Origin: Candidatus Sumerlaeales bacterium
GTDB lineage: Bacteria > Sumerlaeota > Sumerlaeia > Sumerlaeales > Sumerlaeaceae
Assembly: GCA_038243585.1 (NCBI GenBank)
Contig: JBBSQY010000004.1
Location: forward strand, 32,001 to 96,000
Direction of reading: 5' to 3'
DNA: 64,000 nucleotides
Part shown: positions 28,706-39,853 of the stretch, in pieces
Numbering within the stretch: position 1 is the stretch's first letter
Layout of the letters: every line of letters starts with the position of its first letter
The notes under the pieces: generated by a model
Told to the model about the DNA's origin: nothing
Seen by the model: only the letters and a program-made list of their open reading frames with translations
Database searches by the model: none
Translations under genes and position numbers: made by a program

Positions 28706-30433
28706 ATGACTGATACTAAAACCTTTTCCAATAAAGTGTGGTGGCTTCTTGCTGTTCTGTGGTTTGCCGCGTGGCATCTTTGCTTCACGTGGGATGCCTG
28801 GAGAGACCCTCTGCACCAGGTACCGGGTTCTATTGGCGACAATACGGTTATGCTCTGGAACCTTGGCTGGGTGAATTATGCTCTGAACCACGGTAGCCCC
28901 GGCTTCTGGTTTACCAATGCGTATTTTCCAGACGGGTTCCTGTTTTTGTATGGCACTCATACCTGGCTTGACGGAGTGCTTTACTGGCTGTCTTCGCCGC
29001 TTTTGCCGGGCGGTTATCCGGGAACGATCTTGTGGGCGAACCTGAATCTGCTGATGGCCACAACAGCGACGGGATTACTGGTCATCGCCGCCTTAAGGGC
29101 TTGGGGTGTTCGTCAGTGGCCGGTCCTGATGCTTGCGGCGTCGGCGGTTGCTTTTTCCTGGTTTCGGATGTTTGCCTTAACCGGGCATTATCACTTTTTC
29201 GGAACCCACTGGATGTTGCTGTCGCTATGGATGGTCTCGCGGGGAATGCAGACCAGGCTGCAGGGTGGGCGGGAAATGGGATTGGTTTGCGCTGCCGGAT
29301 TTTTTCTCGGTTTAGCCTTTTTAAACGACCAGACAATGGCTGTTTTCGCTGGAATACTGGGAGGGTTTACATTGGTTTCCATGACCCTGACAGAGCAAAA
29401 CCACCGCTGGCGGACTCTGTTTTTAAACTGCTCCATTTTCTATATATCCGCTCTTTTGGTCGCCGCGATTCACCTTGTTCCCGTGGCTCTAGCCATTTGG
29501 GATGGGAGGATGGAGTATTCCGTCGATAGAGAAGGCTTGAGATTGGTGGACGCGAGCAGCCTGGTGATGCCTCCGGACAGACACTTTATTGGCCGCAGCC
29601 TGGTCGAAGTCAGGCAGAGGCACGGCCTGACCTGGAGCGAAGGCACTTATCTGGGGCTTGTTCCGATAATCTTTCTGGGGCTATCGTCGGTGGCGTCAGT
29701 TCGGTACGTGTTCCAGAAAAAGACTGAGAGGGATTCCCGGCTGCGCGTGGTTTTATACGCGACAATCGCCGCATGGGTATTTATCATTTTTGCACTGGGC
29801 GACGTGTTGGTTGTTGGGCGAGAGCATTTCAGCAGTCTACCGGGACGGCTATTAAAGCTGATTCCAGTATTAAATAATATACGACTGCCTCAGCGTTGGG
29901 TGTGGCCAGCGCATCTGTGCATTGCCCTGTCCGGTGCAACAATCGTAAGCCAGCTGATTTCTCGCCGGAAAAACCAACTCGTTGCTTGGGCGCCGCTGGC
30001 GCTGGCATTTTTGCCGGGTATCGAAGGACTCAAATTCCCCCCGCCCGGTCCGACAAATTATCTGCACCATCCCTCTATTCGACTGCCAGGTCTTGTTCAG
30101 GCAGTTAAGCAGCATTATAAGCACGGCGGGGTACTGGTTATGCCGGTGGAAAAGTATTATACCCACAGCCATATCCTGCAGCTTTTGTGGGGCTATGGAA
30201 TTCCCTCAACCATCACCTACAGTGCCCGGATGCCGTTTGCGCCGACAGATGTGCCTTGGGACGATGGGGCATGGACGCCGGAATCGGCGCAGTGGCTAAG
30301 AGAAAAACAGGTATCGATCGTCGTGTTTTCGTTTCACGAAGGCAAGGTGGAAGAATATCAGCCATGGATTCGAGAGGCCAAAAGATCTATTCCGGGCTTA
30401 TTGGTGCTAAACAAGAACGGGACAGAAATATAA
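28706..30433 (+). CDS. polytopic membrane protein, GT-C/YfhO-like glycosyltransferase
   Basis: GD....WNLGW, N.YFP.G, E...YLG, IRLPQRW; many TM segments. Confidence 0.6.
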   Translation: MTDTKTFSNKVWWLLAVLWFAAWHLCFTWDAWRDPLHQVPGSIGDNTVMLWNLGWVNYALNHGSPGFWFTNAYFPDGFLFLYGTHTWLDGVLYWLSSPLLPGGYPGTILWANLNLLMATTATGLLVIAALRAWGVRQWPVLMLAASAVAFSWFRMFALTGHYHFFGTHWMLLSLWMVSRGMQTRLQGGREMGLVCAAGFFLGLAFLNDQTMAVFAGILGGFTLVSMTLTEQNHRWRTLFLNCSIFYISALLVAAIHLVPVALAIWDGRMEYSVDREGLRLVDASSLVMPPDRHFIGRSLVEVRQRHGLTWSEGTYLGLVPIIFLGLSSVASVRYVFQKKTERDSRLRVVLYATIAAWVFIIFALGDVLVVGREHFSSLPGRLLKLIPVLNNIRLPQRWVWPAHLCIALSGATIVSQLISRRKNQLVAWAPLALAFLPGIEGLKFPPPGPTNYLHHPSIRLPGLVQAVKQHYKHGGVLVMPVEKYYTHSHILQLLWGYGIPSTITYSARMPFAPTDVPWDDGAWTPESAQWLREKQVSIVVFSFHEGKVEEYQPWIREAKRSIPGLLVLNKNGTEI

Positions 30434-30504
30434 TAGAAATTAGCCAGGGCGATACGCCAGGGTCATCTACGATTCGGATATTGGATGGACTTGGGGGATA
30501 TAAT

Positions 30505-31494
30505 TTAAACCCCGTCGCCGTCCTGGCCGATTTGCTCTTCTTCTTCTACTTTCTCTTCATGTTTCACGAACATCAAACTGGCTACAACCGATACAGTAAG
30601 AATGGCAGCGATGACACCCAGAGAAATACCGATGGGAATTTTGTAAGCCGAGTGTCCGAGAAGCATCTTCACACCCACAAAACATAGCACAAGCGCGAGG
30701 CCATACTTGAGATAGCGAAACATGTCCATTACGCCGGCCAGCAGGAAATAAAGCGCTCGCAGACCCAGGATCGCAAACACGTTTGATGTGTAAACAATGA
30801 AAGGATCATCCGTGACGGCAAATACGGCCGGTATGGAATCTATGGCGAATAGAACATCGGTGGTCTCCACAACCAGAAGCACAATAAAAAGGGTCGTAAC
30901 GTAATTTTTCCCATTAATCTTTACGAAGAACTTCTGGCCGTGGTCGCCCTCTGCTACCGGCAGTAAACGCCTTGCAAGGCGATAAACCATCCCTGTGGAT
31001 GGATCGTCGTTCTCCGGATTATGGACGGCCATTTTAATACCAGTGACGATAAGCAGGACACCGAACACATATAGCACCCAGTCGAATCGGGCAAGCAGAA
31101 CCGCTCCGGCCGCGATCATGGCACCGCGCAGGACAAGGGCACCTAATATGCCCCAGAACAGTAATCGGTGCTGATACTGGGGGGCGACGTTGAAGTAAGT
31201 AAACAGCATGATAAACACGAAGATATTATCGACGCTCAGGGATTTTTCCAGGAGATACCCTGCCAGAAACTCATTTCCAATCTGCCGCCCATGAGAATAA
31301 TAAAGCCATCCATTGAAGCACAAAGACAGAGTTATCCAAAATATAGACCAGCCCAAGGCTTCGCGGAATCTGATGACATGGGCTTTCCTGTTAAAAACTC
31401 CCAGGTCCAAAGCCAGCATGGCGAGTACAAAAAGATTAAATACGACCCAGGCCGTGGTTGAAAACGTGTCGCCGAGAACGGTTGCTGTATTCAA
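30505..31494 (-). CDS. TerC/Alx family membrane protein
   Basis: EKSLSVDNIFVF, QHRLLFWGILGALVLR, DVLFAIDSIPA, SNVFAILGLRALYF. Confidence 0.93.
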   Translation of the reverse strand: MNTATVLGDTFSTTAWVVFNLFVLAMLALDLGVFNRKAHVIRFREALGWSIFWITLSLCFNGWLYYSHGRQIGNEFLAGYLLEKSLSVDNIFVFIMLFTYFNVAPQYQHRLLFWGILGALVLRGAMIAAGAVLLARFDWVLYVFGVLLIVTGIKMAVHNPENDDPSTGMVYRLARRLLPVAEGDHGQKFFVKINGKNYVTTLFIVLLVVETTDVLFAIDSIPAVFAVTDDPFIVYTSNVFAILGLRALYFLLAGVMDMFRYLKYGLALVLCFVGVKMLLGHSAYKIPIGISLGVIAAILTVSVVASLMFVKHEEKVEEEEQIGQDGDGV

Positions 31495-31574
31495 AGGATT
31501 GCTTTCTGCTTCGATATGATAGATATTTGAAGGGTCGAATTATATAACGCAGGGTCATGGGCAAATACGATTAC

Positions 31575-32180
31575 TTAACCAACTATAAGGGCGTTTAGCA
31601 AATCGGCCTGTATTTTCTTCATGGCTACAGCGCGGTGGCTGATCGAATTTTTTTCTGTCGCGGGTAGCTCAGCCAGGGTGCTTTCTGTGTCTCCGACAAG
31701 GAATACAGGGTCGTAGCCGAATCCATGGCTTCCTTTCGGAAAATGCGCGATGCGGCCTTCCAGCGTACCAGTCTGTTCAATGTATTTTCCGCCGGGCAGC
31801 GCTACACACAGGGCGCACTCGAAGCGGGCTGTCCGCAGCGGCGGAGGCACGTCGTCCAGCTCAGAAATTAATTTCGAGATGCGAAGCGCTTCTGTTTCGG
31901 CATATCGGGCGGAATAAACGCCGGGGCGTCCGCCCAACGCATCAACCACAAGGCCGGAATCGTCGGCGAGTGAAATCAACCCCGTCCGGCTGCAATAGTA
32001 GTCGGCCTTGAGACGCGCATTTTCTAAAAAGGTGGTTCCGGTCTCCTCCGGCTCTGGCAATTCCGGAAAGTCCGCCGCACATAAAATCCTGCCAGCGAAG
32101 CCAATTCCAAGAATTTGGCGGATTTCCTGTATTTTCTTTGAGTTGTTTGTTGCAAGGAGAAGGTCATTGACCGCTGTCAT
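31575..32180 (-). CDS. rdgB: non-canonical purine NTP pyrophosphatase (RdgB/HAM1)
   Basis: ATNN.KK, ETGTTFLENARLKA, LADDSGL, PGVYSARY, GFGYDPVF, KNSISHR. Confidence 0.94.
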   Translation of the reverse strand: MTAVNDLLLATNNSKKIQEIRQILGIGFAGRILCAADFPELPEPEETGTTFLENARLKADYYCSRTGLISLADDSGLVVDALGGRPGVYSARYAETEALRISKLISELDDVPPPLRTARFECALCVALPGGKYIEQTGTLEGRIAHFPKGSHGFGYDPVFLVGDTESTLAELPATEKNSISHRAVAMKKIQADLLNALIVG

Positions 32181-32203
32181 ATACGCACCTGGAGACACAA
32201 TAG

Positions 32204-34234
32204 ATGATTTCTGAACGAGCATTTAACCTCAATCGTTTGCCATATTTCCCGACTACCATTTTGATGGGTCTACTGGCGGCACTCTTATTAGCCGCGTTTG
32301 CTGGATGTCAGAACAACCAGCAGCCACTGGGCCTTGGGTCCATCGCCGGATTGGCGCGGTTGTCAGAGCCTGATCCCGGCACGGGCGAAGCCGGTATTCT
32401 TGTATACCTGGCCGGCACCCCCTACCAGGCCCGTAGCGATCAGCAGGGCCGCTACCGCATTGACGGAATTCCCAGCGGCACTTATGATCTTATCGCCGAG
32501 AAGTCGGGTTTTGAAGGGCAGATCATCGAAGGGCTGATTATTAATCCGGCGGAACATTCGTCCGCCACTCCGTTGCAGCCGGCGGACACGCTTTTGGCCA
32601 GGACAGCGGCAACCACGGCGCCTGTGAGCGTGACTGACCTGGGCATGATCCGGGGCAATGTGCTGCTGGAAGGGATGCCGGGAGAAAACGGCGGCGTCCG
32701 GGTCGAAGTAGACGGCACCCCCTTCGTAACGGTAAGTAGCAACGACGGACAGTTTCGCATCATGAATGTGGAGCCCGGACAGTATCACCTGAGTTTTTAT
32801 CATGACGGTTATCTGCCATATAAGACGCTGGAACTGGTGGACGTTACAACTGGTGTAGTCACCATGCAAGATGTCGCTCTTCAACTGGTGCAGCCTGGGG
32901 ATCCCGTCTCGCCTGCGTCTGTGGCCGCAGCGGTTGCTGCAGACGCGGTCACTCCGGTGCTGTCCGAACCGCCGCCAGAGCCGGGAGAGTTGCGATCCAT
33001 TGTTGGAATTGTAGAATTGCGAGACGCGACAGGGCAGACACTTTCAGATTTTTCCAATGTGACAGTTGCCATCAACGGCACAAGCCAGGTGGCGGTGATC
33101 AATGAGCAGGGGCAATTCCGATTTGACGATATTACGTCTGGTACCTATGTCCTGATTGGCACTGTGCCGGGCGGGCCGGTGGTGCAGATTCCCGTAGATC
33201 TGGAAACCCAAAGATCAGCATCGGTAACAGTTCGGCTGGAAAAAGGCGCCGGGGGAGAGGTCGGCGGCACGGTAAGAGGGCGCGTGGTCCTGGTGAACAT
33301 GGACGATGAACCACTGCCGGAATCCGGAGGGGTAAACGTGGCAGCAAACGGGACGCAGGCGGTAGCAACTACCGCTGCAGACGGCAGTTTTACGCTTACG
33401 GGCGTGGCACCGGGCAGCTATACCATCAGCGCCAGCAAGGAATCTTTCAAGCCAGGCGCGGTTGCAAACGTGGCCGTTAACGCGGCGGCTACGGTTGATG
33501 TCGGTGAAATTCGCATGATGATGGATGTGGATAGACCCCGGGTGATCTCTACTATCCCGGCTGACAACGCGAGGAATGTTGCGGTCAGTTTCGATTTACC
33601 TATAACCGTAAAATTTAGCGATAATATGAACGCGGCCAGTGTGCGCGACGCAATCTCTCTGGCACCTTCGACCCCATTTACAGCCATCATCGGCAAAGGA
33701 GCGGGAGCTGGTGCGGATGACGACACCTTGATAATTAACCTATCGAACGACAATGCGAAGTCGCCCATACAGTTTGGAGCGCTGTACCGCGTGACCATTG
33801 CGCAGACCGCAGCGAACCTGGACGGAGTTACTATGGCGGAGCCGCATACTTTTTCGTTCAGGACCGCCAATCCGGGAGTGATCCAGGTAACGCCGGAAAA
33901 CGGAGCCAGCGGAGTGTATCTTGATCAACTGCAAAATGCCGTTTTGTTTACATTTAATACCCGGCTTGACCCGAACAGCATAAACGACCGAACCATTAAG
34001 GTGCGTCCAGATAACGGGATTAGCGTAGCGACCACCCACACAGATGCCGACGATACCGGTTGGACAACGGTGCGGGTCTCCACCCAGTGGCAGGCCGATA
34101 CGGCTTATACGGTGACGATATCCAGTCGGGTGAGGGCATACAATGGACAAACCCTCGGAAATACACCATATGTGCTTAAGTTTCGCACGGCGCCCCTCGA
34201 AGTAATGACTATGCCGATTTTGACAACGCGGTGA
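32204..34234 (+). CDS. lipoprotein with carboxypeptidase-regulatory-like repeats and Ig-like (Big_5/SbsA) domains
   Basis: Lipobox FAGC; about four DG.F.i..v.pG.Y repeats; PRVISTIPADNA..V..D.PITVKFS..MN. Confidence 0.75.
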   Translation: MISERAFNLNRLPYFPTTILMGLLAALLLAAFAGCQNNQQPLGLGSIAGLARLSEPDPGTGEAGILVYLAGTPYQARSDQQGRYRIDGIPSGTYDLIAEKSGFEGQIIEGLIINPAEHSSATPLQPADTLLARTAATTAPVSVTDLGMIRGNVLLEGMPGENGGVRVEVDGTPFVTVSSNDGQFRIMNVEPGQYHLSFYHDGYLPYKTLELVDVTTGVVTMQDVALQLVQPGDPVSPASVAAAVAADAVTPVLSEPPPEPGELRSIVGIVELRDATGQTLSDFSNVTVAINGTSQVAVINEQGQFRFDDITSGTYVLIGTVPGGPVVQIPVDLETQRSASVTVRLEKGAGGEVGGTVRGRVVLVNMDDEPLPESGGVNVAANGTQAVATTAADGSFTLTGVAPGSYTISASKESFKPGAVANVAVNAAATVDVGEIRMMMDVDRPRVISTIPADNARNVAVSFDLPITVKFSDNMNAASVRDAISLAPSTPFTAIIGKGAGAGADDDTLIINLSNDNAKSPIQFGALYRVTIAQTAANLDGVTMAEPHTFSFRTANPGVIQVTPENGASGVYLDQLQNAVLFTFNTRLDPNSINDRTIKVRPDNGISVATTHTDADDTGWTTVRVSTQWQADTAYTVTISSRVRAYNGQTLGNTPYVLKFRTAPLEVMTMPILTTR

Positions 34235-34354
34235 TTTTTTTGAGCAATCAGTACAGGATATTGATCCGGCGTAGGGTTATGGGTGAACAATCCGGTTTTG
34301 TGATGGTGCAATATGTCGCGTTACCCTTAAAGACTGAGCAGTGTTAAAGAGACT

Positions 34355-34825
34355 ATGATAGAATTCAGCAAGATGATAGACGAGTCGCGCATCATCGATA
34401 TTAAAGCGACGACAAAAGAAGATGCTCTTCGGGAGCTGGTGGACGTACTGGCGACGTCGCCAGAGGTTACCGACCGGGAAGAATTGCTTAACGCTATTTT
34501 TGAGCGGGAAAAAGTAATCTCCACGGGCGTTGGGATCGAAGTGGCTCTTCCCCATGTGAAGATTTCGTCGGTCAAAAATTTCGTGATCGCTATTGGCCGG
34601 AGTCACAAGGGCATTGATTTTGAGTCCCTGGACGATAAACCGGTTTATATCGTCGTGATGATCGGCGCAAATGACAAGCAGGCGGGCGACTTCTTAAAAG
34701 TGCTGGCGCGGCTTGTGTTGAAACTCAAAAATCGCAATTTTAGAAAACAAGTCATGTTCGCTCCGAATCCGAAACGGATTAAAGAGCTTTTTGTGAATGA
34801 AGACGTGCTGCCGGACGACGATTAG
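34355..34825 (+). CDS. PTS EIIA domain protein (PtsN/FruA-like)
   Basis: ERE..ISTGVG..VALPH, GIDFESLD.KPV. Confidence 0.88.
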   Translation: MIEFSKMIDESRIIDIKATTKEDALRELVDVLATSPEVTDREELLNAIFEREKVISTGVGIEVALPHVKISSVKNFVIAIGRSHKGIDFESLDDKPVYIVVMIGANDKQAGDFLKVLARLVLKLKNRNFRKQVMFAPNPKRIKELFVNEDVLPDDD

Positions 34826-34827
34826 GC

Positions 34828-35664
34828 GTGAGCTTAATTGACGAGGCGGCGGCGTTTGTCCGGGATCGGTCACAAGGCGGTGACGAAGCACGCGTCCTGG
34901 TTATTGCCGGGAGCGGGCTGGGTGGATTCGTTAAAGGAATTTCGCCGGCCTCGGAAGTTTCATATCATGATATTCCCGGCATCGGCGGGTCAACTGTGGC
35001 CGGTCATGCGGGTAAGCTTGTGTTTGCCTATTGCGGAGATGAACGCACGCCGCTGCTGGTAATGGCAGGGCGTCGCCACCTGTATGAAGGATTATCTGCG
35101 CAGGAGGCAGTCCGTTTGCCGCAGGCGATTCTGCAGGCGTTTCCCGCCGTAAATAAAGTAGTAATCAGCAATGCCGCGGGGGGATTAAATCCGAAATTTG
35201 CCGTCGGTGACCTTATGTTGATATCTGACCAGATCAACTGGATGTTTCAGAATCCGCTGGTGGGTCCCAATGATGAGGCGCGTGGGCCGCGGTTTCCGGA
35301 TGTGAGCGATAATTACAGCAAAGCCCTGAGGGGGCTGGCGCGGCAAGTCGCTCTGGACGAGGGAATCACTCTACGCGAAGGGGTCTATGTTGGAATGCAC
35401 GGGCCCAGTTACGAAACCCGGGCGGAAGTGGCCATGTTGCGCCACTTGCTCGGGGCTGACGCCGTTGGCATGAGCACAGTGCCAGAGGCGCTGGTGGCAA
35501 CCCATGCGGGGCGGCAGGTGCTCGGTATCAGTTTTATCAGTAATCTGCTGACGACACCAGCCGTGACCACCCACGAGGAAGTTATGGGAAATGCGGCACA
35601 GGTGGAAGAGCGGTTTAGCCGCCTGCTTATGGCGCTGATTCCGCAATTGCACCGAGGGGTGTGA
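34828..35664 (+). CDS. punA: purine-nucleoside phosphorylase
   Basis: GSGLG, STVAGHAG, GRRHLYEG, NAAGG, GPSYETRAE, GADAVGMSTVPE. Confidence 0.9.
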   Translation: MSLIDEAAAFVRDRSQGGDEARVLVIAGSGLGGFVKGISPASEVSYHDIPGIGGSTVAGHAGKLVFAYCGDERTPLLVMAGRRHLYEGLSAQEAVRLPQAILQAFPAVNKVVISNAAGGLNPKFAVGDLMLISDQINWMFQNPLVGPNDEARGPRFPDVSDNYSKALRGLARQVALDEGITLREGVYVGMHGPSYETRAEVAMLRHLLGADAVGMSTVPEALVATHAGRQVLGISFISNLLTTPAVTTHEEVMGNAAQVEERFSRLLMALIPQLHRGV

Positions 35665-35698
35665 AGGTTTGGAGCGGTCTGCCGTATATGACCGCAGA

Positions 35699-35749
35699 AT
35701 CCTTTACTCGGTCAATCGCTGTCACCCGGCGGTGCCCTGGGTTTAGGAT
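35699..35749 (+). promoter_or_regulatory. candidate rpsO (S15) leader hairpin
   Basis: ATCCT/AGGAT, ACTCGG/CTGGGT, ATCGCTG/CGGCGGT nested imperfect stem. Confidence 0.35.
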
Positions 35750-35778
35750 CACATCAATTGAGAAACGGGTGAAGATTC

Positions 35779-36048
35779 ATGAGCATTACCGCGGATAAAA
35801 CGATAGAAATTATTTCTACGCACAAGACGCATGATTCCGACACGGGATCACCAGAAGTACAGGTTGCACTTTTGACAGAGCGTATTATCAACCTGACGCA
35901 GCATTTCAAGACGCACAAGAAGGACCACCATAGCCGCCGTGGTCTGCTGATGCTGGTTGGTCAGCGCAAGAGCATGCTGAACTATCTGAAAAAGAAAGAC
36001 ATTACTCGCTACCGCGCATTGATCGAGAAGCTGGGTCTGCGTAAGTAA
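35779..36048 (+). CDS. rpsO: 30S ribosomal protein S15
   Basis: [30 protein letters not shown]. Confidence 0.98.
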   Translation: MSITADKTIEIISTHKTHDSDTGSPEVQVALLTERIINLTQHFKTHKKDHHSRRGLLMLVGQRKSMLNYLKKKDITRYRALIEKLGLRK

Positions 36049-36075
36049 CTGGAATTAGACTTCCAGGTGTGTTTC

Positions 36076-36107
36076 AGGCCGGGTACTTAATTGTACCCGG
36101 CCTTTTT
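36076..36107 (+). terminator. intrinsic terminator of rpsO
   Basis: AGGCCGGGTAC-TTAATT-GTACCCGGCCT plus T-tract. Confidence 0.85.
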
Positions 36108-36114
36108 GTTTATC

Positions 36115-36145
36115 GGTGATCCCTACTTAATTAGTAGGGATCACC
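36115..36145. terminator. perfect 13-bp inverted repeat after carB stop
   Basis: GGTGATCCCTACT-TAATT-AGTAGGGATCACC. Confidence 0.55.
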
Positions 36146-36148
36146 ATT

Positions 36149-39100
36149 TTATCTCTTATTTTGCGCGTGGTATTCCTGGATTGATCGAAGCGTAACCTTT
36201 TGATCCTTCACCGCTTCAATGCCTTCGACACCTGCCCGGGCTGCGCTGATAGTAGTGACAAGAGGGATGCCCCGGCTGACGACGAGGGTGCGGATCTGAT
36301 GTTCATCCGGACGACCCTGGGGGCCACTGAAGGTGTTTATGACCATGCCGATCTCACCGTTTATAACGTAGTCGACTACGTTGGGGCGGCCTTCCTGTAT
36401 CTTGGCAAGCTGACTGGCCTTTATACCGTTTTTTTCCAGGAAGTGAAAGGTCCCATCCGTGCAGAAAATCTCAAAGCCGAGCTTTGACAACTTCTGAGCA
36501 ATGGGAAGAAAGGCGGGTTTGTCGTCATCGTTGATAGAGATGAACACGCCGCCGCTCATCGGGAGGGTATTGCCCGCTGCGGCCTGGCTTTTGGCGAACG
36601 CAAGGCCTGGGTTTGGATCAATACCCATAACTTCGCCCGTGCTGCGCATTTCCGGGCCGAGGCGAACTTCGCTGCCCATAAATTTATTAAACGGAAGCAC
36701 GGCTTCTTTAACGGAAAAGTAATCTACCGTAGGCTGCTCCGTGAAACCAACCGTCTCCAATGATTCTCCCAGCATCACCCGGGCGGCGAACTGCGCGATG
36801 GGCAGACCAACCGTTTTTGAAACATAAGGGACGGTTCTGCTGGCGCGGGGGTTAACTTCCAGAACGTAAACCTGTTCATCTTTGACGGCGTACTGGATGT
36901 TCATGAGGCCGCGCACGTTAAGAGCCTTGCCGAGAGCCTGCGTGTAGCGACGAATCTGGTCAAGGACCGGTTCAGAAAGAGTGCGGGGAGGAATGACGCA
37001 TGCACTGTCTCCGCTGTGGATACCCGCTTCCTCAATGTGTTCCATGATAGCCGCAATGACACACATCTGGCTGGACTGCTGATCAGCCGCACTATTCTCC
37101 GTGGGATAGTCGCAGACAGCGTCAACATCGACTTCAATGGCTCCGTCGAGGAATTTGTCGACCAGCACAGGGTGCTCCGGCGATACATCCTGCGCGATGT
37201 GCATAAAGTTTCTTATCTGCGCATCATTATAGACGATCTGCATCGCGCGTCCGCCCAGCACGTAGCTGGGGCGCACCATGACTGGGTAACCGATCTTGTT
37301 GGCAAGTCCCTGAAGCTCTTCATAGCTCCGCCCGCTGCCGTTCGCCGGAGATGGAATTTTCAGTTCATCAAGAAGTGCGCCGAAGCGCTTGCGATCTTCT
37401 GCCAGATCAATGGAATCTGGCGAGGTGCCGACAATGCGGGTTGGCAGTTTTTTATCTGCGATGTACTTTTCAATGGCGCGAGCCAGTCCCAGCGGCGTCT
37501 GACCGCCATATTGGACAATGATGCCGGAGACTTCGCCGTTGCCACATTCGTTTTCGATGATGTTCAACACGTCTTCCGCAGTGAGCGGTTCAAAGTAAAG
37601 GCGGTCGGCGGTGTCGTAATCGGTAGAAACCGTTTCGGGATTGCTATTAACCATGATGGTTTCATAGCCAGCGTCTTTCAGTGCAAAAACGGCCTGGACG
37701 CAGCAGTAGTCGAATTCGATTCCCTGGCCGATTCTGTTCGGCCCGCCGCCGAGAATGATGACCTTTTTCCGGTCTGTCGGCAGGGCTTCATTGGCGAATT
37801 CCGAGGTGGTATCTTCGTAGGTGGAGTAATAATAGGGAGTATGCGCTTCGAACTCCCCGCCGCAGGTATCCACGGATTTAAACACCGCTTTAACCCCGAG
37901 TGCGAGGCGGCGATCGCGCACTTCCCATTCGGTCCAGGTGTCTTTTTGGCTGGAGAAAATGGTAGCCAGTTGCTTGTCTGAAAAGCCTAGCTGCTTGGCG
38001 TGCATCATGATGTCATGTTCCGGGCCGGTCGGGTCGATGGCTCCGGACTTCTGAAAATACATTTCCGCCGCCGCGTCGGCCAGCGTGTGCTCAAACACCG
38101 CGATTTCATAGATATTTTGCAGGAACCAGCGGTCGATGTGGGTCGCATCCGCCACTTCGTCGATGGTCATAAACGAGCTGATTCGGTCGCAGGCGATGCC
38201 GTTCAGGCCAAGTTTTTCCACGGCGAAATCGGTTTCATCCACGCAGCGGGGACGGAGAGCCGATCTCAGCCAGAAGATGCGCTCGGGGTTTGGATTCCGG
38301 AGATTCCAATTCAACTGCGCACGGTAATCTTCGGCTCTTGCGCCGGTCACCTTGCCGTCGGCGCCCAGGCCGGCGCGGCCAATTTCGAGTCCCCGAAGAC
38401 CCTTCTGCAGGGATTCTTTGAAAGTCCTCCCGATGGCCATGGTTTCGCCGACGCTTTTCATCTGGGTTCCCAGAGTAGGATCAGAGCCGGGAAATTTTTC
38501 AAACGCGAAACGCGGAAGCTTCGTTACCACGTAATCAATGCTGGGCTCAAAACAAGCTGGTGTCATCTTGGTTATATCGTTTGGCAGCTCGTCGAGGCGC
38601 ATGCCGGTGGCGAGCTTTGCCGCGATTTTGGCAATCGGGAATCCCGTGGCTTTACTAGAGAGGGCACTGCTGCGCGAGACGCGGGGGTTCATTTCAATGA
38701 CGACACGACGACCGGTGGTCGGTTCGGTAGCAAACTGGATGTTCGATCCACCCGTTTCAACGCCGATGGCGCGAATGATTTTGACCGCGTCATCCCGCAT
38801 CGCCTGGTATTCACGATCAGACAACGTCTGAATGGGAGCCACAGTGATGGAGTCGCCGGTATGTACGCCCATGGCGTCAACATTTTCGATGGAGCAGACA
38901 ATAACGACATTGTCATACATATCGCGCATCACTTCCAGCTCGAATTCCTTCCAGCCGCGAATGCTCTGCTCTATCATTATTTCATGAGTGGGGGAGAGGT
39001 TCAGGCCGTTGCGGGCGATCTCCAGAAATTCTTCCACATTATAAGCAGTGCCGCCACCGCTGCCGCCCAATGTAAATGACGGGCGAATAATGACAGGGAA

Positions 39101-39622
39101 ATTGAGCTCGTAAGCTTTGTCCAGGGCGGTGTTCGCGGCGATGCGAATCTGCTCTTCACGCGGGCCCTCCGCGCGGATAATGACGCTGCGCGGCACGTCC
39201 AGGCCGATGTCCAGCATGGTATCTTTAAACCGCTGGCGATCTTCGGCGCGGTCAATTGCATCGGCGTTGGCCCCGATGAGTTCGCAACCATACTTTTCAA
39301 AGACGCCTTTTCCGGAAAGTTCCATGGCCAGATTAAGGGCGGTCTGGCCTCCAAGGGTGGGCAAAACGGCGTCCGGACGTTCGCGCTCAATGATGGATTC
39401 CACCACTTCCGCAGTCAAAGGTTCTATATACGTGCGATCGCCAAACTGCGGATCGGTCATGATTGTCGCGGGGTTTGAATTAACGAGAACGACTTCGTAG
39501 CCGTCCTCACGAAGAGCTTTGCAGCCCTGGGTTCCGGAATAGTCAAACTCGCAGCCTTGTCCGATGACAATCGGACCGCTGCCGATGATAAGAATTTTTT
39601 TGATGTCTGATTTCTGCGCCAA
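36149..39622 (-). CDS. carB: carbamoyl-phosphate synthase large subunit
   Basis: [55 protein letters not shown] domain; probable TTG start at 39622. Confidence 0.97.
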   Translation of the reverse strand: MAQKSDIKKILIIGSGPIVIGQGCEFDYSGTQGCKALREDGYEVVLVNSNPATIMTDPQFGDRTYIEPLTAEVVESIIERERPDAVLPTLGGQTALNLAMELSGKGVFEKYGCELIGANADAIDRAEDRQRFKDTMLDIGLDVPRSVIIRAEGPREEQIRIAANTALDKAYELNFPVIIRPSFTLGGSGGGTAYNVEEFLEIARNGLNLSPTHEIMIEQSIRGWKEFELEVMRDMYDNVVIVCSIENVDAMGVHTGDSITVAPIQTLSDREYQAMRDDAVKIIRAIGVETGGSNIQFATEPTTGRRVVIEMNPRVSRSSALSSKATGFPIAKIAAKLATGMRLDELPNDITKMTPACFEPSIDYVVTKLPRFAFEKFPGSDPTLGTQMKSVGETMAIGRTFKESLQKGLRGLEIGRAGLGADGKVTGARAEDYRAQLNWNLRNPNPERIFWLRSALRPRCVDETDFAVEKLGLNGIACDRISSFMTIDEVADATHIDRWFLQNIYEIAVFEHTLADAAAEMYFQKSGAIDPTGPEHDIMMHAKQLGFSDKQLATIFSSQKDTWTEWEVRDRRLALGVKAVFKSVDTCGGEFEAHTPYYYSTYEDTTSEFANEALPTDRKKVIILGGGPNRIGQGIEFDYCCVQAVFALKDAGYETIMVNSNPETVSTDYDTADRLYFEPLTAEDVLNIIENECGNGEVSGIIVQYGGQTPLGLARAIEKYIADKKLPTRIVGTSPDSIDLAEDRKRFGALLDELKIPSPANGSGRSYEELQGLANKIGYPVMVRPSYVLGGRAMQIVYNDAQIRNFMHIAQDVSPEHPVLVDKFLDGAIEVDVDAVCDYPTENSAADQQSSQMCVIAAIMEHIEEAGIHSGDSACVIPPRTLSEPVLDQIRRYTQALGKALNVRGLMNIQYAVKDEQVYVLEVNPRASRTVPYVSKTVGLPIAQFAARVMLGESLETVGFTEQPTVDYFSVKEAVLPFNKFMGSEVRLGPEMRSTGEVMGIDPNPGLAFAKSQAAAGNTLPMSGGVFISINDDDKPAFLPIAQKLSKLGFEIFCTDGTFHFLEKNGIKASQLAKIQEGRPNVVDYVINGEIGMVINTFSGPQGRPDEHQIRTLVVSRGIPLVTTISAARAGVEGIEAVKDQKVTLRSIQEYHAQNKR

Positions 39623-39853
39623 CTGCGGCCCCTTCCCGACGCGCCGGTTGATGCCATCCGGGCGGGTGTTGTGGAATTTAAGGGGCGCCGGCTCCGCTAA
39701 ACAACGCAGACGGCTGACCCATGCCTTCAACCATTGTTTGGGGAAATTTGTTCATACGTAGGGCAGGTTTCTTTTTAGACGTGTAATAATTGGCAGAACC
39801 TGACCAAATCCTGAGATGATTATAATGTATTTTCCCTACGAAAAGAGCCTCCA

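Noticed and set aside
31495..31574. yybP-ykoY Mn riboswitch upstream of terC
   Set aside because: Only 80 nt and no recognisable consensus
37016..39079. Long plus-strand ORFs (321 and 359 aa)
   Set aside because: Antisense shadows of carB
39623..39853. PyrR attenuator upstream of carB
   Set aside because: No PyrR binding-loop consensus or terminator seen
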